Assembly (NCBI RefSeq): GCF_037042905.1
Contig: NC_087252.1
Location: 26,786,001 to 26,850,000, forward strand
Length of the DNA stretch: 64,000 bases
Source of the DNA: Lytechinus pictus
Lineage: Eukaryota
Reading direction: 5' to 3'
The translations under genes and the position numbers were made by a program. Of the stretch, positions 1 through 13,809 are shown piece by piece. The notes under the pieces are model-generated. The model saw only the letters and a program-made list of their open reading frames with translations, was not told where the DNA came from and did not search any database. Positions within the stretch are counted from its first letter, which is position 1. Every line of letters begins with the position of its first letter.

Positions 1-1113
1 GTAAAATTACTGTGCTTTCCTTTCCTCTTAATTTAATATTTTAGTATTTCATTTACATAACCTAAATGAAGGAGGATTCGGAACGATAATTGTATGATGA
101 TTGAAAGGACCCCTCCCCCAAAAAAAAATAATAATGAATTAGAATAAATGAATAAATGATTACATGAATAAATGAATAGATGAATAAATGAATAAATAAA
201 TAAATGAAATTAAAAAATAAAAGTCAGTAATCTTTAACAGAATAGTTCGAAAGCTTATTTCCAGTGGGGTCCTCAACACGTATATTATAATCATAAAAGG
301 TAAAATCTGTTTACACTATAAAAACCAATAGGAATTACTATTAAAAATAAAAAAGATCTTGAGATGGTATGTACAAGAAATATATAAAAAAAAAAATAGA
401 AAGAAGAAATTAGAAGGTATGATGTTGTCTCAAGCGGATCGGGAGAAGGGGGCGTTCCTTTCCCCCTCTCTTTCATATAAACCTGGTGAGTTATGTATAA
501 TATTATCTCAATATTAATTCTATAACAAACTACTTAAAATCCTCATTTCATGACAGTTTAACAAAAAATTCGGTTTGCGATTTGCGCTCGCATTGATTGT
601 TGAAAATATATTAACTCGTGCATCATAATTACAAAAGTGCTTTAAATATCCAGTTTTCAAGCCATAATATTAAGAGATTTCGCGCTCTCATTAGGCTTAT
701 TACATTAATAAATAAGATATTGATTTAATAATCACTATGTCATTTTTTTAGAATGGAATATCGACAAGTTTTATTTCGTGCTAAGGAAGAGAAATAGGAA
801 GATAGTCATCATTTTCATTTGATGACAAAATGTTCTTAGGATGTCCCGGTCCTATATGTCAAAGCTAAAAGGAATAATATTAAAACATATCAGCTTATTT
901 TAAACTGTGATCCATATCCACCTCACAATTTTCCTACAAAGTGCTTGAAATACAGAGCTTAAATTGTCCCTTTTTCAGATCGGAATATCAAATGTTTTAA
1001 GCTCGCACTTCGCACTCGCTTTATTGATTTTCATGATAAAAAAAGTAATTTAGAATGCCCAGATTCTAGGTCGCGCATGTTTATTCAGATACGCAGCTTG
1101 TTCTCTATTTTAA

Positions 1114-1269
1114 ACCGTGATTACACTGTCTTGATCGGCTTTTGGTTCAGAACCAAAAGCCGATGCAGAATCGGCTTTTGGTTTATCTTGCACTGCGTTT
1201 ACACGCTGTTACAGCTCACGGTTCAGAACCGCGAGCCGATGCAAAAGCCGATTTAGTGTAAACACGGTA
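1114..1269. mobile_element. Small MITE, possibly PIF/Harbinger-like
   Basis: Inverted ends ACCGTGATTACACT / AGTGTAAACACGGT; TAA on both sides; interrupts the host repeat. Confidence 0.55.
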
Positions 1270-1424
1270 TAAATCATCCAATATATCAGGCATTTTCTGC
1301 TCGCGCTTTGTGCTCGCATTATTAATGTAGAAATATTTCCAATTATCATTTTCATAGTGTAGTAGGTTTCACGGTACACCATGTATCTTTCTTGTGCATA
1401 TGTTGGTCCTGAAAAGGACCACCC

Positions 1425-1471
1425 AATCTCGACGTTTCGACAAGTGTGTTCTTGTCGTCCTCAGGAGAATT
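1425..1471 (-). ncRNA. Minimal type-I hammerhead ribozyme in a Penelope-like element remnant (~1356-1478)
   Basis: Minus strand reads ctc-CTGAGGA-c-GACAAG-aacaca-CTTGTC-GAAACGTC-gag: CUGANGA and GAAA core boxes, 6-bp stem II, GUC site, short stem I. Insert is flanked by direct repeat TCATTTTCAT (1346-1355, 1479-1488). Confidence 0.7.
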
Positions 1472-2719
1472 GTCGTCCTCATTTTCATGATTTACAAAAA
1501 ATTAGCAGTGTCCCATTTTTAGGTGTAAATCTCGATTTTTTTCCGCATGCGCTTCGCGCTCGCATAAATTGTTTAGTTATATACTTATCCTTATCACGAT
1601 TACAAAAAGTGCTTAGAATTTCCATACTTCGTTTAGAAATGTCAAAATTTTCAGCTAACGCTTTTCGCTCGCATTATTTGATTGTTGAAAAAATGTAAGA
1701 TCTTCATGGCTAACTATAAACAGCCGTTAACAGATCCCTTTTTGATCAGATAAAATATATATTAAAATTTTATGTTCGCGCTTCGCGCTCGCAGTAATTA
1801 TTTAGTTGGTGGATAAACATTTGGTTTAGGATCACAAACATTGCCCAGAATATTGAAATTTTAGGACAAAATACTTTGAAAAAAAATAGCTCGCTCTTTG
1901 CACTCGCACTATTTAAATAAGGCTTATGAGATTATTATATATTTATGTTGATTTATAAGAATAAAGCTTAGAAATGACTTTTATAAGACTACCCCTTCAA
2001 AGATACAAACAAAAATCAACTTCGAGCGGCCGATCGGGAAAATGTGGCTGAAAAAATTCGCCCCCCCCCCTATTGGCAAAGGCTGGATCCACCCCTGTCT
2101 ACTGATTAGCTCTTGACGGGGGGGATGGGTTACCTATAAATATTATTGTTGAATTTACAGCTCAATATATTGCTTTGACCCCCACCCCCTTCACACACGT
2201 TTTATATATCCCCGTCTACTAACAGCTCTTTATGGAGGCGGGGGGCACCATTTTTTTTTCAGCTCAATACTAGTATATTGCTCTCACACCCCCCCCCCCC
2301 CCCATCAGATTAATTACGCCACTTGACGTACGTGATTTCAATTGTCATATAGCCCAAAGATCCAATGACTATTCATCTTGCTTACACATTAAAAAAAACT
2401 GGAGAGTTGTCAAACTCAACAGAAATATACAATAAAATAACAACAAAATGACATACTATAGAAAGAAAGTATCAACAAAATTGAGAACTTGGTAGAATAA
2501 AGAGAATAAAATGTTGAAATTTTGTACCCCCGTCTCCCACACTCGGATCTATTACGTATTAGACAATGATATGAAATTAGGCTGATCTGCCTTTATTTGT
2601 GCACAATATTCTTAACTAAAGTCATGATATGACCATTGACATATGGGTTATACATTTTCATAGTTTGATCACACCATATCCACTTTAAATTCCTGGAAAT
2701 TCCAGCAACAATACATGTT

Positions 2720-3335
2720 GTCATGGGTACGACACACATTTTCTTTTTTGAAAAGTATCACGACACCAACGTTGAAACTGTGCAAGGCCTTTAATGGCGA
2801 ACTCCGCTGGGTTGATACATAGCCTATGGGTGATGAACATACGTGGGTAGCAATCGACGATCAAGCGGTTGCAGGTCAGCAGAATAGGAGGCAAAGCATC
2901 CATTGATGCGCTGAGCAATCTCAAACTCATTGTCAGGTTCAACGTTAGGTACAGTCATTGTTATTGGCTGGGGGTCATTTGACGTCATTTTACGGATCCC
3001 ACGGTACCAGCCAGCCGGATCCTCTCTTTTCAAGTTCTGAATTCTATTTGAATAGAATGACCTTTTTGCATCTTTAATTGCTCGTGAAAGTTGGTTTTTG
3101 TAGCGAGCAAATGCGACCTTGTCCCCCTTCTTGAATGCTTTTTGTCTAGCATTTATTAGTGTTTTGATGTATGGCTTCATCCAGCATTTATCTGTGGGGT
3201 GGAGCTTAACTTTACGAAGAGGAAAGTATTTTTCGATGGCCGAATGCAGTGTAGCGTAGAATTGGGTACACTGTTCAGAAACACAATCTTGGTTTTAAAC
3301 CTCGTCCCAATTATGATTAAGGATCCATTGTCCAA
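2720..3335 (-). mobile_element. Non-LTR retrotransposon ORF2 fragment (endonuclease-RT linker)
   Basis: ORF 2824-3180 (IKTLINARQKAFKKGDK...IKDAKRSFY...W) resembles the LINE linker, preceded by DKCW, a PW-like motif; disrupted. Confidence 0.7.
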
Positions 3336-4087
3336 ATTAAGTTAAATTGAATAGGATTCTGAAACAAATAATGAATCTCGAATCGCAAGCAGAATAATTT
3401 GTTGCGTATTGACTTTGAAAACATATTTTAAGGTCCATCTTATGCTCTTCAGTAGATTATTATTTCTCTCAATGCAATGTGGTCGCGGAAAGCGAACAAT
3501 TTTTATTTGTTTGTGTGTGTCGTGACCTACTTTATTGAATTATTCTTTTTACAGTCATTCATTGCCTCTGGTTTCATTTTCTTTTCTTCCTTTTCTGATA
3601 TTTTTGTTTTCCTTCCTTACATCCTCTCGTGCTCTTTTGTCTTCCCTCCTTCTTTGCTCTTGGCAAACGACGGGGTTCTGCGGAACCACCAGAACCTCTC
3701 CCCTGGCTATTGGCTTGAATTGTAATATCAGAAAATGATTTTTTTGGGGTGGGGTTGTTTATTTACAGTACAAAACGATTAGAAGAAAAAATATGTGTCA
3801 TCTTGAAAAGGCTACCGAACAAATTTTGGGTCTCATATATGAAGAAAGACGATTCAATTTCATTAAGATTGATCCATTGTGGGTGTGTTTTATCACTCAG
3901 GTTGGAACATTGCCTTGATATTAAATGTAACACGCATAATAATATAAGCCTTAGAACGGACAATTGCAATAATATCATTCCCAAAATAGAATATTTTATA
4001 TTTGGTTAACTTATTATTTTATAACATTATATGGCACTGTGTGGACTCTGAACTTTACTTTTCTTGAGCAGTTAAACCGGTGTAGGT

Positions 4088-4623
4088 CCGGGGGGGGGGG
4101 GAATCAGTATATAATGCATAGTGGGTATGTGATGCGAAGGGAACCCCCGTTTGGAGTCAAATGTCCGTTCCAAGGCATAGCATTTTTGTCTTATTGAGAA
4201 AAAGAAAAAAGAAAGCCGCTCCAAAGCATATCATTTTCTTCTTATCGTGAAAAAAATAAGAAAGAAATCCGCTCCAAAGCTTCGCATATTTTCCGTTACG
4301 CCGTTCCGGTCGCATTGATCTGCTACAATGAGCCGCAATTTTGGCCGCAGAGCGCTGTCCGACTATCGCCTCTGCGCTAGCGCATCCCGCGCCCGTGCCG
4401 CCGGGCTAGCTGCATACATGTATGCCCGTTTCATAGGGATGCATACGCACTCAGACGCAGGCGACCCGTTCCAAGGACCTCCGTTTTCACAAACATTTGT
4501 AGTTCCGAAGCCCGTTCCGAGGACCCTCCTTTTTACAATAAGCCCGCTCCAAGGCCCCCGTTTTTTTGTCTCGCCCGCGGCACATCCCTACTACTTTTTT
4601 GGTTGAGTACCCCCCCCCCCCGG
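4088..4623. mobile_element. MITE with CCGG(G)n termini and 8-bp TSD
   Basis: Ends ccggggg.../...cccccgg; GTGTAGGT at 4080-4087 and 4624-4631. An inverted, interrupted copy lies at 17084-19443. Confidence 0.8.
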
Positions 4624-5059
4624 GTGTAGGTGTAGACACTGGACTTTGTCCTTTAAATGTTGCATGTAGTCCAAGCATACGTGTGAAAACGAGAATGTTT
4701 TTTCTAGGATTCATTGATTAAACTGTTTACGGAGGCAAAAAATGAAATTGACACACACACACAGACACCAATGGTAAAAGTCAGGCACTCATTCTTTGTA
4801 AACGCGTGAAGCAACCACGAGTAGGGTGTATAATCATGACAATTACACGCCTAGGAATTTAGCTGAGGAAAGACCATTACTCTGTTAACTGTGGAATTGA
4901 ATTCTTTTGACGAATCGAGGAAGATTGTTGCTGAGCCCCAAAGTGTTCCTGCACAGTTTGCCTGAATTTACTGCTTTCCAGTAAGGTTCGTTTTCACTCA
5001 TTCCTCTCAGTTACTTGCATTCTAAAACGCTTAAGAAATCTTCCTAAAATAATGATTCA

Positions 5060-8000
5060 ATTGATTGCATTGCATTTATTCTTTTTCATTCCAAAATTTA
5101 ACAAAAGTTACAATGTATAGCAAAACACAAAAATATAACATACAGAAATGAAAAAAGGGAACCCACTGGAAAGCAAAGCTTGTTAGTATGGGTTCCCTGC
5201 AATAAATAGTTAATTAAAGTATATCTTTGATCAATGAAATTCAAATCGTAAATTAAAAAGGTTTGTACAATGAAAAAGAACACAAGTGGGGTCAAGCTTT
5301 TCATGCCTACTATGTTACAATTAACAAAAAATATTATATCATATCCCTGCTGTATAAAAAAACATGAGTTCAGGAGTGTGTGAACAGACAATCACTTGGA
5401 CAAGACAGGACGAATACTAAAAGCAAAACAAAGACAAAACCAAAAAAGGCACACAAACAAAAACAAAACAGGACAGAACAGGACAAGACAGCAAAAAAAA
5501 AGGAAAAGAAACAAAACAAAACACACTACAAAACATACATGTAGACAAACATGAAAATAAGAAAAGCAATAGGACTAGACATTAAGGTGATAGGAAGAGA
5601 GAGAGAGAGAAAAAAAAATGTGAGAGGGAGGGGGAAAGAGAAGGAAGAAAATAAGAAGGGAAGAAGAACAAGAGGTGGTAGCTGCTTATACAGGAATGTT
5701 TGAGTTCTGGGGTTTATACCCAAGGATAAGAATTTTCTTTAACCCTCGACTGAAACTTAAATGTGTTGGTTTGTTACGTAATGATTCTATAAGGGAGTTC
5801 CAAAGTTTGATACCTGTAAAAATGAATGTTTTATTTAAAAGGATGGTTCTAGCTTTTGGTGGATGAAAGAGCCCGGCGGACCTAGTAGGATAGTGATGAA
5901 TATCGACATTTTTAGTAAACATGGAATACAAAATATTTGGAAGTTCATTTCTATCTAAACTATACATGAGTTTTCCGAGATTGTATCGATACAAGTCACC
6001 AATCTTCAAAATATTATATTTATAGAAAAGTTCGTTAGTGTGTGAACGAAAATCTGCATGACAAATAATACGAATAGCCTTTTTCTGCAAAAGTAAAATT
6101 CTGTTTAGGAGGCAGTCAGCACAATTCCCCCATGCTGTTATACCGTAGTTTAAATGAGGCAGGATCAAAGTTGAATACAAATTAAATAGTATATGAGTGG
6201 GAAAGAAAAAATTTACTTTGTTTATGATACCAATATTTCTCGAAATAATTTTACAAATGTGATCAACGTGTTCTTTCCAGGAAAGATTATTATCAATGGT
6301 TACCCCAATAAATTTAGTACTGCCAACTCTTTGTAAATTAGTATTTTCAAAAATTATATTACCTGGAAGTTCATCTATGATATTACTAAAGAGCATATAA
6401 TTTGTTTATTGGAGATTAAGGGATAGGTTATTAGCTTTGATCCATTCAGATATATGTACTAGTTCGTGATTAATGGTGGCAAGCAAATGGCGTGGATCCT
6501 TATGGGAGAAAAAAATATTAGAATCGTCAGCAAAAAGAATAAAGGATAAATTATTGGAGGACTTACAAAAATCATTTATGTATATAAGAAAAAGTAGGGG
6601 GCCCAAAATAGAGCCTTGCGGAACTCCACAAGTAACAAGTTTTGTTTCGGAGTTAAAGTTTTCGAAAGAGACAAATTGTTTTCTATTGTCTAGGTAGTTC
6701 CTGAACCACTCCATGGCTATTCCCCTGACTCCATAGTAATTAAGTTTGTGTAATAAAATTTCATGATTAATGGTATCAAAATCCTTGGAGAAGTCCAGGA
6801 ACACCCCAACAGTATGTTCAAACCTGTCGATTCCGCTGGCAATTTTATCAACTATTGCTAATAATGCATGTGTAGTATTATGATTTTCACGAAAACCAAA
6901 TTGCAAGGGATCAAATAAATCATGCAAATTAAAAAATTTCGTCGTACGAACAAATATCAATTTTTCAAGTACTTTGGACAAACAGGTCAGCAGTGATATG
7001 GGTCGATAATTACCTAACGCAGTACTGTCACCTTTTTTAAATACATGTGTAACTCGAGCTAGTTTTTAGCGATGAAGGAACAATCCCAGTAGACATACAT
7101 AGATTATAGATATATGCCAAGGGTTTAACAATGGTATTACAATTCTTTTTAACAAAATGTTATTGATGCCATCATGCCCCGAGCTTTGCTTATTTTTAAA
7201 TCCATGAATTATATCCGAAATTTCTGCCTCATCTGTAGGAGAAAAATATATTGAATTTGGGTTGGGGTCATGAAGAAAATCAGTAAAGTGTTTTGTAGAG
7301 TCTGGAATGAGTCTGGCAAGATTTGGGCCTATACTTGAAAAATAATCATTGAAAGTGTTGGCCAAAGTAAGTGGATTTTCTATAATTTCGCCATCAACAT
7401 TTATTTTTGAAGCAATATATTTTTTTAAATTACCATGCAAAACATTCTTATTTTTTTCCAGGTATTTTGTATATCATTTTTGAATAATTGAAACTGATTA
7501 CAAAAATACCCTTCTTTTACTTTTCCTAAGTATACCAGTAAGAATGTTTTTGTAATCTTTGTACTTTTTCTTGTTCTTATCACATGGTTTAACAATTGAT
7601 TTCAAATAAAGATTATTCTTCCTGTTAATGGATCGTAGAATACCCTTGGAGACCCATGGGGACCTCGGAATCTTTTTGTAGTTAGATCTTTTTTTTTCGG
7701 ATTAAAGGAAAACAATTATCCATCTTAGAAGATGTTATGCTCATGAATGATTCAAAGGCATCATTTGCATTTTCAATAGTGTAGATTCCAGACCAGTCTG
7801 TGTTTTCTAGCTCTTGCATAAAGTGTTCTATATTGTTTTCAGAAAAATCACGTTGTATGTGAAAAGAAACCGAGTTCACCGAGAAATCATTATTGAGTTG
7901 GAAATGGAGGAATATTGGAAAATGGTCAAATAGATCGGAAAGAATTATGCCAGATGACAGCGCAAGTCGTACATTCGTAAAGACATTATCAATAAGACTG

Positions 8001-8860
8001 GCCGAGTTGGTAGAAATTCTGGTAGGTTTAGTAATTGCTGGTTAAAAAACCCGCAGTAAGAAATTAATCCATGAATTTTTGTATGAATGCATCTGAATCA
8101 TATTTTAAGAGGTCTGCATTAAAATCCCCTAGTAAAAAGCAGTTTTTATGAAGCATGATTGGGTGATTTAATAATTCATTGATATTGTTCAAAAAGTCAT
8201 CACGAAGATAGTTTGGAGGTCTGTAAATAACCCCAATTACAATGTTTTTTATCATTTGGAATAACTACTTCAATAAATAAACTTTCTATAGAGTTATTCA
8301 TGCGGTTCAATTCTGGCCTCAGCTTATACTCGTACCGTTCAGAAATATACAAACTTATACCGCCACCTGTTTTTTCTGTCCTATTATTCGTAATCAAATT
8401 ATAACCAGGAAGTGAAAAAAATGTTAAATCAGTTTCAGAAGTAAACCAGGTTTCTGACAAACCTATAACTGAACAGTTGAGTTTCGAATTAAGTAAAAGG
8501 GAATGCAAAGCATCAAAAATTTTATTGGCACTGCGAATATTGCAATGTAACATTAAAAAATCATCTTTACTGTTGTTTAAATGTTTACTTGCAACTTGAC
8601 TTTCTGAAAAATAATAGGAAGGTGCATGCTGATAGGTACTATCATTTGGATCGGAGACAGAATCAAGATTATTGTTTTAGGAGTTCATGGACTGGGCAAC
8701 GAAATTGTGAAAAGCTTTATTTGAATTTTCATTGAAATTGGTATCGAGATCAGAATGAAAAGCGTCGTATAATTCATCATTATCCAAGTAGTGAAATGGA
8801 GCATTGGTGTTAGCAGCCATAGTTAAGGAATGGAAAGTGGAATAGAATATGAAGAACAAT
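5060..8860 (-). mobile_element. CR1/L2-group (Crack/Daphne-like) LINE, decayed ORF2 and 3' UTR
   Basis: APE endonuclease motifs (HCNIRS, GLSETW, GGG, YRPP, LGDFN) at 8553-8064; RT motifs (QFGFR, FLDFSKDFDT, GVPQGSILGP, FADD) at 6981-6406; C-terminus 6396-5686; AATAAA plus (TGCAA)n tail near 5060-5080; several frameshifts and stops. Confidence 0.9.
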
Positions 8861-9617
8861 TACACAAAAAAACCAAGACAAAACAGGACACACAGTAACA
8901 CATGAACAATCACACAAAATGGCAAAAAACGAGAAAAACGGCAAATATGCTTGATTGGCGGCAATAAAACATTACATCAGGCATGTGCCAGCTACCCCCA
9001 ATTAACGAATAAAAAGAAACCAAAAACAGATCCGAACGGTATCCTAAACAAACCGATGACATATCATGACCTTTTGGAATGATGGTCACCATGGTTCAGA
9101 AACCAAAAAGAAATATACATCCCGGTTGAGAAAGTCTTCACAGTTGAATTACAACCTAACTCAATTCTATCTGAAGAATCAAGATGTTTAACATTCATTC
9201 AAATAATGAAAGATGAACTTAATAGAATTTGAGCACGCATGCTTAGCATAAAGTCTGCAAAGACCTTCTACAGATTATAATTAAGTGCGTCATTCTAACC
9301 TTATAATTTAGGCAACAATCAAATGTAAAAAAAAAACCTGCAATGCTCGTGATAGTGAAGAATTCAAATCATAATAAGATATTGATTTCGTTGCCATGTC
9401 GTGCAGAGCAATTAATAGCGAAATAACGGGTGCCGTACATATAAACTTGTCATTGCTATGACCGTCCGATGCAACATAAATACGGCAAGGAACCGAACCA
9501 CACAAGAGCATGAGCAAACCAGCACCCCTTATATTATGAGTATGAAAAAAAATATTATTCAAAGGGATAGAAAATGCTTGGATGTTCCAGGTATGATTGA
9601 CGCACTGAGTGGGCCTA

Positions 9618-9822
9618 CACAGTAAAAAAATAGACAACGCTGTTCACCATATGAACCACACAGCAATCGCTCAACAAGTGTTTAAATCTTAAGCAACAAA
9701 GAAAATTTTCAATATCTGATCTTGATTAAATTAAACATGATTGTTTTAACAGTTAAACAACCACTGCAAGGCTCACATAGGAAACAGCGCCGTACAAAAT
9801 CTTAAACAGCGTTTTTACTGTG
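9618..9822. mobile_element. CACAG-terminated MITE (EnSpm/CMC-like), copy 1
   Basis: TIR CACAGTAAAAA / TTTTTACTGTG, TA on both sides; similar to 10317-10518. Confidence 0.75.
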
Positions 9823-10316
9823 TAACACATCATGCATTATATTCAAATAAAAAAAAAACACAGGAAAAATCAAATGATCCCTTAGACGATCATTAAAATA
9901 TAATGAAATATAATGAAATGACGATAAATGAAATAATGAAATGACGATAGCAGCTCTCTGTGGTAAATGTAGATAATAGATTATAAATACCAAATGCACC
10001 ATTTTTATGATACTAAAAATGATATGAAATACAACTCGGTATGTTATGCCTAAAGAAGGTCGAGGCTCTTTTGCAGTGTAAAATGAAAACTTTGATTAAA
10101 TTTCTAAGTCGTTTTTCAATCAACATGATATAACATGGTAAAACTAGGTTTCATAGTAGATTTTCAATGTCATTTTGATGATATATGATGTGAGAGAACT
10201 TCCAGAAGGGGGAAGAAAACTCCATATCATCAATTAATCTTGTGTACCACCTCATTTTAAAGTTAATCATAACATCTGGGAAAAACTATTTGCTAGGCAG
10301 TGTGGCCGGTATAGTA

Positions 10317-10518
10317 CACAGTAAAAAAAAATATACAACGCTGTCCATACGAACCCTACAGCAATTGTTCAAACAGTTTAAAAAAGTGTATAAAGTTTAA
10401 TTTTCAATATCTAATTTTCAATAGATTAAACATGATTGTTCAAACGGTTAAACAAACACTGCAAGGTCCATACAGTAAACAGCGCCGTATAAAATTTAAA
10501 AAAAGCGGTTTTACTGTG
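10317..10518. mobile_element. CACAG-terminated MITE (EnSpm/CMC-like), copy 2
   Basis: TIR CACAGTAAAA / TTTTACTGTG, TA on both sides; colinear with 9618-9822. Confidence 0.75.
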
Positions 10519-12311
10519 TATTATTCAATACAAGGTAAGGGAAACTAAGAGAATATAAACTCTGAAAGAACTTTGAACAACATCTGCTAAAATTACTGGC
10601 TTTAAGACCAATAAACAACCATCAATCATAAGAACATTAGAACTTATCTCCAGTATCAATTTGGAAATGATAAGCCGTGTGGAGATAAAGACCTAAAGAA
10701 ACAATATTCAACAATGATAATATTTTCATTAAAAAACCCAACCTTTCTACAACATCAAGGAAACCTGCCTATGAAAAGCTTGACCCCTGCAATTGAAAGA
10801 ATGGAATTAATATGGCATATTAAACAAGTTAAAGAGACCATCATCATGTACATTTAAACCAACCTCAAGCATAAGTTAGGTATTCTGTAGTATGAAGACA
10901 CACATAATAAAAAAATCCACAGGGATCCGTATTAAACACCATTCATCTATGGTAAACAGATGAAAACTTGTGTTGCACCCATGCGAAAGGTACATATTTT
11001 TAAAAATTTGTTTGTCATAAGATAAGAGTGAACATTTTTATGTAAAATATGATAAATTCATTTCTACAGTATCATTTCATCCTAATCGCCAAAGGAAACA
11101 AAATTGGCCCCTATATGTGGAAATATGGTTTTTACATCATTAAAGACTAACTTTAAGGAAAACATTGTAATTCAACTCGAAAATTATTTTAGAAGTAATT
11201 TTGTGTGAAGATACACATCTACAGTTGAAAACAATCTACAATTATCAAAACCGAACACCGCCTATAGAAACAACTTCAAAATAGCTGCACTTGGTAGTGT
11301 TTGTTTTCTGAGGAAATAAAAATGGCAGAACCATTTAAAATAAATCGTTCAATCAAGTGACCTTAATTCAGTAGCATTTCACTTCAAATATCAAATCAGG
11401 AAATAATTATGTGTAATAATGACAGGAAGGGGACCGGTAGGATTAAAAAGAAAGAAAGAAAAAAGTCGTTCTACTCTTAAAAGCGGAGTAAAATGTTTCT
11501 TTTAGCAAAAGTATCAGATATAAATTGCATGAGAGCAATACTTAAAAAAGTTTATTCTATGTTACCGAATTAATTACTCAGGAATAAATTAAATGGGAAC
11601 TATCATCCTGTACATTCTTATTCCAAAACAACATTCGTTTCTACTCTTGTGTAAAGACAGAATGTTACAATTACACATTAATACAAACTCAAAACATCAG
11701 TTCGAAATAGTTCCAAAGTGAAAAGTACAAACTTGATGAAAAGACCTTTCTTTTCCCTTTCCTTTTTAAAGATGAGGATCAGGTTTAGAAAAAATACAAC
11801 GGACATAGTCAGCGGCATAAAAAAAATCAAAATATTAGATATTAAGAAACTTCATGTGTAATGCCAATATGAAGTTAGGTGTATTGACAGTTACACGAAA
11901 AATTCATTTTTTTATAGCAACGATCAACTTCATGCTTCAATTGAGAAATTAAAATGAAATATCTTGTAGCCATATTCCTGTCTTCTGTTGTAGCATCAAG
12001 TGGGCTCAAATTTCAATCCGAGTATGACTTTTTTGTAGAATGTAGGTTTCATCTCGACTGAAATATAAGATGAGCAATTTTCAGAGGCCCTTAAAATTTC
12101 CTGCCATGAATGAGCTGAAATAACTTTTTCTACGGAATCAGAACATAGGCTTTCGCGAAGGTAGCAATAAACAGGTAGATTCCAAAACATTTCAACTTTA
12201 TTTTGAAGAATATCATAACGACATTGAAAACACTTTAGCGGTAGATATTATTTCCAGTTAGAGCACAATCAAATAAATTATTATCTCCACTCAACCCATC
12301 TGGCAGGAGGT

Positions 12312-13370
12312 TCACCGTTGTTGCTTCGTTTCCTGGTGAGCAGAACTAGATCCAACAACACGAATGCTTGTAGCAAGATGCTGTGTCTTGCGGAGCGTGT
12401 ACGCAGCCGCTGCCAGACGACCTCGCTCACGTTTCATGCTGGGCGGCAAATCCGACCTAATTGCGATGCGTTGCGGCGGAGCTTCACGATCCTGGCTCTC
12501 ACTAGCATGGCGCGGTTGTTCAAACGCTCGGAGGACCCTGTCACGGTCAGCCATCTTCACGAATCGTACGATATTAGCAGGCGGTGCGTTGTTACGCGGG
12601 GCCGCTACGTTGCTACTACGGGATGACGGGAGACGGTGTGCATTCACTAATTGAATTTATTGAGCCACGTCTCGCGGGATATTCAATAGATTCATAAAAA
12701 ACGTAGTGAGGATTTCATACACGTTTTCATTCGGTGAAGAAGCTACTCCATAGACCAAAAGGTTTAGCTTGCGGTCATGGATCTCAAGCTTTAAGAGCTT
12801 TTCGTCGATTTCTTTTTCAGTTTTCTTCAGTTGGTTATAAAGTTTAGGAATCTTATCAGATTCAAGTTGTGCGACTCTTTCAGAAGTGTCGGATAGGCTA
12901 GCCGTAATATCGGCAACAGATGACTTAACTCCCTCAAGTTCATGCCTAAAACCGGACAGTTCCCTTAACACGTAATCAAATCTCTCATTCATAACTTTGT
13001 TGATAGAAGAAAGCATACCTTTCATTTCTTGCTTGAAAACATCGAACTGTACAGAGAGTGGTGGGTCCGATCGCTGAAGCTCGGCGGAAGGGCTAGGTTC
13101 CGCGGAAGCGGACCGTGGTGAGCCGTAGGTCGAAGCCTTGTCCGACACATAAGAATCATCGGCCACACCCAGATTCACCAAATCTTTTCCTGGCTTATTT
13201 TGACGAGGGTTGCTTCAAAGCTTGTAGTCATTTTTACCCTTCTTCGTCTGACTATTCATAATTACTAGTTAGTTAGGTGCAGAGAATCAGGGGAGCTGAA
13301 AAAATGCAATTTTAGTAGATTTTCTCGGAAAGCCGCCACATAAAGCTGTTTATCCAAAGAGCGCCATCTT
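12312..13370 (-). mobile_element. LINE ORF1 (coiled coil plus RRM-like) remnant with 5' UTR
   Basis: Split ORFs 13181-12657 (heptad coiled coil; LEIHDRKLNLLVYGV) and 12647-12312 (AHRL...IVRF...IAIRSDLP); ATG at 13259; AAGATGGCG motif near 13370. Confidence 0.8.
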
Positions 13371-13809
13371 CAAGATGATAGTGGATCTTTTATTTTGTTT
13401 CCGACTATAAGCCATGTAGTCTGAGCGTCTTAGGCACCTAACAATGTGGATATGTAAGATATAAAAATACCCTACATTATCATTGTCATCGGTATTATCA
13501 TTGCAACTATGATTATTATCATTACTTGTCATATCTCTCATCGATGATCGTAAATTTGTTATGAAATCTCGTTACAGAGAATAGTCAGTTTCTGTTGAAT
13601 TTTACAATTTTACAATTTTTGGTGATTAAGGTATCAAATAAAAGAGCAGATATTGAACTTTGTGAGCATGTGATTTTCTTTTTGAAATTCAGATACCCCG
13701 AAAAATGAATTTTTGGAGTATGGAGTCCTTACTTGAAGAAACATATTCATGCATAAGAAAATGTACAGAGAAGGGCCACTAAATTGGTACCTGAGGTAAA
13801 AAAAAACTT

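Larger units (their letters stand above)
470..2097. mobile_element. Long non-autonomous repeat family rich in CGCGCTTCGCGCTCGC motifs, ending in a GGATCC(A/G)CCCCTG terminus; related copies at ~23380-25137 and ~32225-32609
   Basis: Colinear blocks are shared between copies (e.g. gaatgcccagattct, gatacgcagcttg, gagcggccgatcgggaaaat, ctattggc...ggatccgccc). Left boundary approximate. Confidence 0.7.

Noticed and set aside
4800..4986. Possible exon ending at CA|GTAAGG (4980/4981)
   Set aside because: No supporting ORF or partner exon; a donor-like motif alone is insufficient.
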